64,000 bases of DNA, taken from assembly GCA_001179505.1 (NCBI GenBank), contig CDMY01000305.1:372001-436000 (forward strand). The letters are read 5' to 3'. The position numbers and the translations under genes were made by a program. This DNA comes from Vitrella brassicaformis CCMP3155 (Eukaryota > Protista > Chromerida). The notes under the pieces were generated by a model. That model was not told the DNA's origin. It saw only the letters and a list, made by a program, of their open reading frames with translations, and ran no database searches. Below, piece after piece: positions 1 to 10,200 of the stretch (position 1 is its first letter; each line of letters opens with the position of its first letter).

Positions 1-43
1 GCATTTGTGTGGTGCCTCCCTGATGTGTGTGTGTGTGTGTCAG

Positions 44-2050
44 TGCTCTGGCTGGGTCTCAAGAACATGCTCTCCGTCAAATTTGCCCAGGTGGGTGCGA
101 CCATCTGAGCTGTCGTCAAACGCCTGGATGACGCGTGTGTGCGTGTGGTTTGTGCGTGCAGGACCAGCTGAAGGTTGTGGATCACTTCTACCTCCGCTCA
201 CACAAGACCAAACACGCAGTCAGATACCTAAGACGCATCGTCGGTGAGTGAGTGCACTCACTGATGGGGAAATGGGTGGGCGGGCAGATGGGCACAGCAG
301 CTCAATCGAATCCCCCTCTCTCCCTCTGTATGTGTGTGCAGGGAATCGGTGCAACTCAGCGCTGCTGGTGCATGAGGGTCGCGGCGACGTCAATGACAAC
401 TTTCGATGGGCCGTGGCGCACCTCACAGCCGTCAGGACGGAAAACGTGGAGGTGTGTGAAGACACACACAGATGCAGACAGACGTCAGAGGGTCTATCCA
501 TGTCTGTCTGTGTGTGTGCATCAATCAGGGTTTGAATGTGTATCAGCTGCTCAAGTATCGTCAGCTGGTCATCACCGAGAAGGCGCTGCAGAAGCTCATG
601 TGGGAGATATACCACTACCCCGAGAAGAGGGGATGGGTCAGAAGGTCAGACACACACCCACACCACCCGTTGCCCCCCTATCCCACACATGGCTGCCATA
701 AGTAAGTGGACCGGTGCTGTCATGCCGTGTTTGTTGTGTTTATGTTGGTCAGGGCGGCCACGCCGGACGGCAAGCCCGTGAAGCTGCCGATGAAGGTATG
801 CACAAGCATCGCCATGCCATGGGCAGGGCAGCCACATCCATAGTATGGGTGGGGGCATGGCATACCCACTGTGGGTGTGACGGCGTCTGTAGGTGCCCGG
901 GTGGAACAAGGAGTGGGTGGAGAAGAAGGAGCGTCAGAAGAACACGCAATACGACAGGGTCTGCAGCTACACACACGATGGGCAGCGGGCCGTATGCGTG
1001 TGTGTGAATCGACTCGTTCTGCCTGTTGGTCATGTGCGTGTGTGTATTAGTCTGCTTTGTTCCGCGAGCTGCGCAAGTGGAAGTGGAACTACGAAGAGCT
1101 CAAAGGACCGCTGGTATGCATCCCTCCCATCCAAGCACACCCACCCACCCCACCGACACACGCACCAGCTCACATGTGCCCATGTGGTGTGCGATTCAGA
1201 AAGTGCCGCGCCACGACCCATTCAAAGGTACCCAAAGAAACATACCAATCAATCAGCAACATGTGTATACGTGTGAGTGTGTGTTCAGATTCCGTCCGTT
1301 TCATCTGTCCATGTACGCCAAGCGGCCGCCATGGGAGAAATTCGAGGAACTCTACAAGGCAAGGCAGACCATTGCACTGCACACCACACATCGAAGCATA
1401 CACATGATGACCTGCTCTGTGTGTGCGTGTGTGTCAGGACGACGAGCCGCTTGAAGAGGAGGAAGACCTGCAGGCGCTCGAAGACATCAGGAACGCACTC
1501 GATGTGAGGGAAGCGAACGAAGGGTCATGACACGTCCCTTCCTGCATGTGTGTCGACTCCACCTCCTGTCTGTCTGCATGTCCGTGTGTGTCTTTCGTCG
1601 ATCCATCAGGAGAGGGAGACGCTGCACACGGCGGACTTTGACGTGATTGACGACACGGGCGAGCTGAGATCGAGGTCACTCAGCGACATTGCACGAGGTG
1701 GGTGCGTGAAGATACAGACAGACACCCAAACCCATCCATCCATCCATCCACACGCAAACCTGTACGTGTCGGTATGTTGCCGTGTCTTTCTCAGGTTCGT
1801 CATCTGATGGGTACCTCTCAGCCCGCCACAGCCGAGACGATGAGGCCGACAATGAGGAGGAAGCCGACGATGAAGAGCAAGAGGCAAGCGACACTCACCG
1901 TACATACACTCACCAATCGGTGCATTGCATGTGTCTGTGTGTGTGCAGGGTGACGAAGGCGACATGGGTGACGAAGGTTTGTCCGGCGATGAGGATGCGG
2001 ACGAAGACATCGAGGATGCCGCCACGCTGCCACCTGTCGACCGGACATAG
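44..2050 (+). CDS. Mitochondrial ribosomal protein uL4-like, 3' part (multi-exon, starts before the window), acidic C-terminal tail
   Basis: Spliced exons give DQLKVVDHFYLRSHKTK..GNRCNSALLVHEGRGDVNDNFRWAVAHL..GLNVYQLLKYRQLVITEKAL, matching the uL4 C-terminal GLNVYxLL motif. Last exon GDEGDMG...PPVDRT ends at TAG 2048-2050. Confidence 0.8.
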
Positions 2051-2699
2051 GCTGGATGGAACCAATCGTGTGTTCTGCATGATCACGTGTGTGTTAAACT
2101 TTGTCGTGTTCGTGGATGATGCGCGACCCGATGTTGGCTGCGAAGAGCCTGTATGCAGTGCGTGTGTCATAATCGCGTCTGTCACTGTCCTCTCGGTCTT
2201 TCCGGTGCGACTCGACGGCGAGATTTCGCGGAAATGTTCGGCGAGATTTTTCGCGCGATGAGACACCGCCGATTTACGAATTTTGATTTGAAGTCACAGT
2301 TCCATTTCCGTCCGCGTTTGCCTTTTCAGCCTTCCTTTCAGCCACAGATCCTTCATTTCTTTTTCTTTTCGCCTGGTTGTTGGCTTACGCAACACGCCTC
2401 ATCCCCTCCCATGCCTCCCAGCTCGTCCGGATGCCCTGCGTGTCTTCCTCCACCGCCGTGCCCCGGGCAAGGCGACAGTAGGTGGCGCCTCGCCTTCTGC
2501 CAAGCGACTGCTCCCTGGTGTCTGCAGAGGGCCTGCACCCAATGTGTGGATGCTCACGTGTCTTCTTTCGTCATGCCTTTCTCAGAAGGTTGGCACAAAG
2601 TGCCTCACTAGTCTGGTCTTCACTGCACACTTCAATGTCTTCGTTGGCTGCTGTTCCCCTACTGTTCAGACACGCGACCCCTTAGGAGCCACAGGAAGG

Positions 2700-4060
2700 A
2701 GATGGCACGACGAGGAAGAAGAAGAACACGAGGTGGAGGGAGAGGAGGCGCCAGCCCCCGCCGCAGCAGCGGCTGCTGGCCGTCCTCGCCACAAAGCCGC
2801 TCACAAGCCCTCAGGTCAGACAGAACAGAATCATATGTGTGTGCATCTACTGAGTGACACCCATGTGTCCATTTGTACGTGTATGTGTTGGTTTTTCAGC
2901 TGCTGCTGATAGGACATGCATAATGCGGCTTACATAATGCAGCTTACCGCCAAAGCCGCCATTGGGTGAGACAGATCCTCAGCCACACACACAAGGTGAC
3001 AAGGTGACAAGTGTCGTGTTTGGGTGCAGGGACCAACGACCCTCACCGGCCCAATCGACCCCTCCTGCTCTTCCAGAGCCCTTTCAGGAGGCCCCTGAGG
3101 CAGCAGCAGCAGCAGCAGTGCGGCACTTCTCGTGCCGCCGTCTCCTGGTGATGCAATCCTCCCTCCCGCAGTGTCCCTCGAGCTGGAACGCAAGCGCGAG
3201 GAGGAGGACAAGTCCTCGTCGCCCAAGAGGTCCAGGTTCGGACCGCCCCGTTCCCCGGCAGCTGCTGCTGAGATAGGAGAGGAGGTAAATATGGCCCCCG
3301 CACCAGCACCCGAGCAGCAGGAGCCGGAGCAGCAGCAGCAGCAGCAGCAGCCGTTCGCGCCACCCGACGTCGCCATGGCCGCGGCGGCCGAGGCAGAAGA
3401 GCCGCAGTTGCCGCCCCCCGCACCGATGACGGCCCCACCTGCCGTGGGTGTTCACGAGGCCGCTGCTGCTGCGGTCGTTGCCCCAGCCCCGGCCGCAGCA
3501 GCGGCCGCTGCTGCTGCTGGTCGCCTTCGCCGCACAGCCGCAATGCGGCTAACGGCCAAAGCCGCCATTGGTAATTCATGAGGGGCAGCAAGATGTCATT
3601 TACATATGCTATGGTCCTGCTGTGACACAGAAAGTGGCGTTGCGTACAGAGACAGTGACTCCGAGGAGTTTAACATCCGAGAACGAAATTTCAGGGGTGA
3701 AAGAGAGTTCTGTCTGCTCCATGAATATGCGGGTGTCTTAATCATGTAGCTGCTGCTCACTTCAAGGAGGAGGCGGCCGGATGTCGTCGCGTCAAGAAGC
3801 CCGTCAGCAAGTCCAAGAGTCGCCCTCGCCGCAAAGCCGCGCAGAAGCCGGTACCTGCAAAGAGGCACGCGATTTATCCATGGATGAATGAGTCTTCTTT
3901 GTTCTTCTTTGCTTGCTGTGGGGGCGCCGTCAGGAATCGCTAGCTACATTTTGTATTTGCAAGTGCCTTCATTTTTTCATCCGCAACTTCAAGGAAAGTG
4001 TCCCGGCTACTGTACCGGCCGCTCGGTCCCGAAGACAGACCGCGCAGAAGAAGAAAGGTG
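2700..4060 (+). pseudogene. Fragmented copies of the RCC1 gene 3' low-complexity region
   Basis: 3120-3540 aligns to 45230-45600 (SLELERKREEEDKSSSPKRSRFG vs SLQLKRKREEEDKSPSPKKPRFG). 2720-2890 aligns to 46270-46460 including the intron. 3770-3850 aligns to 46490-46550 and 4025-4060 to 46740-46780. Early stops; no coherent full CDS. Confidence 0.7.
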
Positions 4061-4240
4061 AGGAAAGACATGCAAAGGCACCACGCCAATTGGTGAATGC
4101 ATGTGAAGAGCAGCCGTGCGTCGTGTTAAAGTCACAGAAGCTGCTTCCGTTGTCAAGCCACCAGCAGCAGCAAGAACGCGACCGAAGCCTCTGTGATGCA
4201 CTGTGATCTGCTCTGCCACTCATGTGTCGTGTGTGGATGC

Positions 4241-4665
4241 AGTCCAAGGAGAGGAGGCGGAGGCTCTCGCGGCGCTACCGACGGGCCGTCATAGCCGTCA
4301 TACTGGTGTCTCTCCCCGCCATTGTTGGCTACTTCGGCGGGCCATTGATTCAGCACTATCTCGGTGAGGGGTTTTGCAAGGGCTGGAAAGCTGTTGTGTG
4401 CCTGTTCGTTCGTCCTCTGCTCGCCTTTGGAACCGGCTGTGCGACCATCGTCCTTGCCGTTATTGACCACCACGTCTGCCCCATGTGGTGTGACGCCGCA
4501 TGGGGCTGGTGCTGCTGCTGCTGCTGCCGCTGGCAGTGGATGGGTTCGTGGTGCCAGTGGCTGGTGCTGCTGCTGCCCCGGGCGTCGGTGGTGACGGGCA
4601 TGGCGGGGTTGCTGACGCGGCCTAGAGGGCCTGTGGCGACTGTCCTGGACACAAGATGTCATTGA
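4241..4665 (+). other. Exon-like fragment encoding two hydrophobic helices after a basic stretch
   Basis: Follows acceptor gtggatgcag. Reads KERRRRLSRRYRRAVIAVILVSLPAIVGYFGG...VVCLFVRPLLAFGTGCATIVLAVI. No clear start or family. Confidence 0.3.
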
Positions 4666-5236
4666 TTTACATCGAAACCCCAAGGGTGAGAAAGGACAGA
4701 CACACATACATGGTTGGCTTCTGCACGGATATGTGTGTGTGTGTGTGTGTGTGTGTATTCATTGTTCATTCAGCTTGGCTTCATTCACTTGGGCTCCTCG
4801 TGTGTTGTGATTGTTTGTCATGAGCGGTGGGTGATTGTCTATGTTGGGTGTGGGGTTGATGTAGATTCACTCGTGAGGCCTCTTCACATTGATAAATTCT
4901 TTCCTCTGTTGTTTGCTTTCGAACACGCAGATGCCATTCGAATTTGTCTGAAGGACGCGCAGAGGTCGCACCTGTATGCAGCCCCCCCGCTCGTCACCCT
5001 CGCCCTCCCGCCCGACTGCTGACGCCGCCCGCTGAGGAGGACAGCGGGTGGACCTACCACCTCTACCGAATCCCTGAGGAGGCTGAGGCGGCCATCAACA
5101 CTGTCCCTGATGCCTGGAAGCTGGCGGAGTGGGACAGGGTGGCGAGGGAGGCCGCTGCTGTCAAGGCGAAGAGAGAGACGGTAAAAGGGGTCACTGTTTC
5201 AGCAAAGACACGACGGAATCACCATGAAATCTTGTC

Positions 5237-6604
5237 ATGAATTCTTGCCTTGTATTGCGGCCACCCGCACCACCCGACGTCGAAATGGCCGAGGCGGAGG
5301 GAGAGGCCGCAGAGCCCCTCGCACCACAACCGCAACCCACAGCCCCTACGACGGCCCCGCCTGCCGTGGCCGTTCACGAACCCACTGCAGCTGCTGCTGT
5401 TGCCCCGCCAGCGGGTGACGAGGAGATGGCCGCACCTTCGCCACCATCACGGCCCCCCGCTGCTCAAGATGAGGATAAGGACCAAGAAATGGCGCCTGCA
5501 CCCCCTCGAGACGAGGAGCACCCGCCCCCCCCATTGGCCCCTCCTGGCCCTCCTCCCCTTCTTGAGCTATCCTTGGAGGTTCCCGAGGCTCCCGAAGCAC
5601 CGCCAGCCGCCGAGCAGGCCGAGCAGGAGGCTGCTGGGCCGGGAGAGGAGGGGGCTGAGGGGGGGATGGGGGAGGCCGCTGCTGCTACTGGCCGCCCTCG
5701 CCGCAAAGCTGCGCAGAAGCGATCAGGTCAGAAACAACTTACACACATGAACGCATCCCCTCACTCGTTGAATGACACCAGCATGTCCGTCTGTATGTGT
5801 CTGTCTTGACCATTCAGCTGCTGCTGGTGTTCATGAAGGTGAGGAGGTCATTGGATGGATGAACGGATGGAGGGATGCGTATCGGTGCATGTGTGTGTCT
5901 GAGCGTGGCTGTCATTTCAGACAAGGCGAAGGGCAAACCGACGGGGAACGGCAAGGCCAAGTGTGGTGGTGGAAAGGCGCGTGCTGCTTCGAAGCACTCT
6001 TCGTATGAGGAGATGATCAAGGAGGCCATCGGCACACTCAAGGACCGGTCAGGCAGCAGCTTGTTTGCCATCAAGAAGTTCATCCAGGCCAACTACTCCC
6101 TCGACTTCGAGGACGGACGCACCAAGGGCCACCTCAGCCGCTCACTCAAGAAGATGGCCGAAGCCAAGAAACTCATCAAGCTAAGAACTTACACACACAT
6201 TCACCGTATCCACAGGGGAAGGGTAGGTGACAATGGTGTGGTGGGATGGTGTGGTGGGTGCATCTCGACGTGTGGCGTGTGTTGGTGTGTTGTGTGTTGT
6301 GTGCAGATCAAGGCACCGTTGTCGGCCAAGAAATCCAAGGCCGCCCCCGCCCACATACACACCCGGCATGGCCAGCAGGCAGGGCGCCAACCACACGCCC
6401 ATCAACAGGGACATCGTCACCGACACAACACAGCCACAGCCACCTGCACCGGCCGCTGCTGCAGCAGCTGCCATTCCGGCCACGTCAGCACCATCCGGAC
6501 AGCCACGGCTGCAGCCCTCGCCATCCTCTGAGGAGGACCCGGCGGCTGTCGACACACTCACTCCGTCACTTAAGCAGCAAAAGCTCTCGACGCACAAAGG
6601 GTGA
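5237..6604 (+). CDS. Linker histone H1/H5 globular (winged-helix) domain protein with RCC1-tail-derived Pro/Ala/Glu N-terminus; 3' end possibly disrupted
   Basis: Exon 5921-6180 encodes KHSSYEEMIKEAIGTLKDRSGSSLFAIKKFIQANY...LSRSLKKMAEAKKLIK, close to the H15 consensus (HPxYxEMIxEAIxxLKERxGSSxxAIKKYIxxNY). Exons 5237-5727 and 5818-5838 splice to it in frame (phase 1). Confidence 0.75.
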
Positions 6605-6870
6605 GCGTTCGTACACACGACAGGGAGAGACACGCACACACCTCTTCATCGTGTGTGTATGTGTGTAAGTGTGTGTGTGTGTCTCTGTCGTCTGCTGGAT
6701 GCCTTGATGCAGTCTTGGTGGCGTTCAGTCCCCCGAAGCGCCCGAAGCCTCCCGTGTGTCGTCTGAGGAGGACCCAGCGGCCGTCGACACACTCGGACAG
6801 GGAGAGAAACAGATCTCGAAGCGCAAAGGGTGCGCGTCCATACACACGACAGGGAGAGACACGCAGACAT
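6527..6870 (+). repeat. Duplicated ~110-bp exon-end/intron-start module
   Basis: ctgaggaggaccc(g/a)gcggc(t/c)gtcgacacactc...gcaaagggtg...tacacacgacagggagagacacgca occurs at about 6527-6640 and 6762-6870. Confidence 0.75.
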
Positions 6871-7277
6871 TGCGTTCCCTTCAGGGCTGCGGGAGGCCAT
6901 GAAGGAGTACTACTCAGACGGGGGAGCAGATGTTGGTGGTGGTGAGATGGCCGGGGAGGATTGCAAACTGCAATCGCTTCCTACATTTTATATCTTCCGG
7001 CTGTGAAATTATCGTCATGCTCTTTTGCATCACTGTGCTTTCCAATCCACTTCGCACAGAAGAAAGGGCGAAATGGAATGTACGCATATGTGGCGCCTGG
7101 TGCGCATACCACACATGAGTGGATGTAGATTCCGTGAGAGGCCCCTCCTGACTGACCCATCGGCGTGTGCGGGAAGTTCGGATGCGTTCAATCTCTCACA
7201 AGAAAAACAAAAGCTCGCAAGGTTGGGATCGCGAGAAGCCGCCTGGGGCAAAAGATCCCGTGATGCCCTAGATAGCG

Positions 7278-10200
7278 ATGGATAAAGCTGACGAGGAGCC
7301 AAGTATGGATAAGGCTAAGGCGCCAACCGAAGAGGACGCCCAGAAGGGCGAAGCGGAGGCCCCTCACGCTATCCACGAGAAAGAGAGGGAGATTGCTGAC
7401 GTAGCTGCTGCCGACGGATCAATGGTGTGTCAACCAAACCACGCATTAAACAAGTCAACGCCTCATGTGCATGATTTCTATGTGTGTCCAGGCCGCTGAT
7501 CTTCTGGTGAGTCCTGACAAGGCTCCTGCCGAGTCGGCATCAGCATCAGCTGCCGTAGAGCATCCCTCATCGCTCCTCGTGGAGCCACCGGCGGACTCGC
7601 ACTCTCCCCTGCACCGACCCAATACCATGGACGCCCCCTCCCCATCGCCTCTGCCACAGCTCACGCCTTCACCAGCACCACACGAAACCCATGAGCCGTC
7701 GTCGAGCATCGCATCGCCCAACATTCCAGAGGTGACGCGGTCGATTATGACCAGCGAGCGGGCCGATAGAAGGCTGGAGGGAGAGGGCGGTATGGGTGTG
7801 GGTATGGGTATGGGTGTGGGTATGGACGTGGGTGATGGTGTTGTTGGTGGAGCCGATAGTCCTGCGATAAGGCATAGTGGCGGTGTGGCGTGGGAGGTTG
7901 GCGGGAGAGGCAGGGGCAGGATGCCGCACCTCTCGTCGATGGACCGGGAAGAACGGTGAGGCGACAGACACACAGGCACATACTCATGGAGGGAAGGCAT
8001 GCTGCTGTTCCTTCACTGCTGTCTGTTATCTGTGTGGGCAGCAAGCGTCCGGAGCCCGTAGAGGATCTGCCCAACCCTCACCCCCTCCCCCCGCCCTCCA
8101 TCCTCTTCCCTCCACACCCCTCCTACCTTACATCGCCCTCGTCGCCCTTCGACATATCGCAGTCACGTGAAGAGTCCAGGCGCCTGCTCGACTCAGCCAA
8201 CAGCTTCTTGGACTCGTCGGCGCGACAGAGGGAGCGGGGCTTCCCCCTGGGATCGATATCGCCCCCGGCATGGCAGGTGGAGGAGGGCCGGCGCGACGAG
8301 GGCGGCGGTGTGGTCGACATGGGACCCCCCACGCTGCGTGACGAGGGCGAGTGTCGGTCGCCGTCGATCGACGCTGACGAGGAGGCGAGGCTCATGCAGA
8401 TGGACTTCCGTGCGAGCCCCGGGCCTGCGCGGCAGGAGGAAGCTGCGCCGGGCATGGTGGAGCAGATGCCTGGCCCCCCTGCTGCTGTAGGTGTCGGTGT
8501 AGGTGTGCCAGTGCCATATGCGGATGGTGGTGTGCCGCAGCTGGGTGGCGGGGAGGCGACTGCTCGTGTGGAGGGGGAGGGAGAGGGAGAGGGGGAGGAG
8601 GGGCCCAGAGCCACAGAGCTGCCGGCACCTGGTGAGAAAGAAACGCAGCAGGTGATTCTGTCTGTCACGTCTGTCTGTGACGTGTGTGTGCATGTCATGT
8701 CATGTCAGTGTCTGTGGGCGGCGTGTCGAGTGAGGGCGGCCCCGGCCCCTCTCTGCAGGACTGGCAGCGACTCAACTCACGACTTAGAGCCAACGGATTC
8801 AAAGTAAGCTCTGACAAACACACGGACTCACACTGCACCAAAAAGAGAAGACTGCTCCCTGCGTGTTGTGTGCTCAGAGCATCCCATTGCTCGCGCCGCC
8901 CCCCACGCCCCAGCTGGGCCTGTCACCATCGCCATCGCCGGCCGTGTCGTTCTCGTCGCCCGAGCGCGGCAACGGCCACTCGAGGGAGGAGGGGGTTTCG
9001 GTGGACGTGACGGCCATGCTGTGGATCTGGTTCGACGTCATGCAGGAGCTCGAGAGAAGGTAAGATGCGGACAGATGCGGACAGGCAGGCAGGCAACACG
9101 AGCCCACACAAAGGCATGTGCTGAATGGTGTGTGGTGTGGTGTTTGTGTGGTAGGGGTCGTGTGATCCATGACTTGGCGACGTCCGGTGGCCCCCGCCGC
9201 GGCGACGCGGCGTCGCTGGCCATGCTACAGAAGGAAAAACACAGGCTGGAACAACAGGTACCATCCATTGGTCAGGCAGGCAGGCGCCTGCACGTGTGTG
9301 GTTGTGGTTGTGGTTGGTGTGTCAGGTGCGTCAGCTGCAGGCGGCCTTGTCGTCGAGCGCCAGTAGTGCGTCGAACCCCCTGGCGCTCGAGCAGAGGGCA
9401 AGACAGGCAGAGGCGAGGCTCAAGGTGACCATCTATCCATCCACCCATCCATCCACCATACACAACACACGACACAGATGTGTGTGTGTGTTTGTTGTTA
9501 GGTGTTGGAGAAGGAGGCGAGCGACTTGCGTCTCAAATATGCGGCAGCCGACCACCAGTCCAAGAGCAAAGAGAAGGACCTCGACAGGGTAACAAAGACA
9601 CATACAGTCACATAACATGCGACACCAACCCGGGTCTGGCGCCCCCATCTCTCCCTCTCTGCATCTGTGTCAGCTTCGTGCTTGTCTGGACAAGTTGGCA
9701 GAGGCGGACGAGCGGCGGAAGGAGCGGTGCAAGCAGACCCTGCAGCGGCTCAAGGGCAAGAAGGTCACCAGTGCCAACGACGGGGCCGCGATTGACATCA
9801 TCAACTACTTTGAGAAAAAGGCACGCGGGCGGCGGCAGGCATCGAATCGGGGGAGAGACGCCTGCCTCATACCTCTTTGTGTCTGTGTCTGTGTGGTGCA
9901 GGTGGAGATACTAGAGGAGGAGAACCAGCTGCAGCAGAGGCAGATACGCAATCTTAGCGAGTGAGTAACCACTCTTCCTTCAAGCGCGTATTTCGCTGCT
10001 CCCCTCTATCGGTTCCATGTGTGTGTGTGTGGTTGCTTGTTTCGTTTAACGTTCGTGCAGCCAATACCTGGGTGTGTCGGAGCAGCTGCGCCGCCGGCAG
10101 GCTCTCGAGCAGCACTTCCCCCAGCAGCAGACACAGACCCAAGCACAGACACAGACACGGCTCCTCAAAGACCAGCCACAGCCGCAGCCACAGCCACCCA

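Noticed and set aside
3590-3750. Short peptide SEEFNIRERNFRGEREFCLLHEY with faint chromodomain-like look
   Set aside because: Too short, lacks the conserved YLVKW core, ends in a stop.
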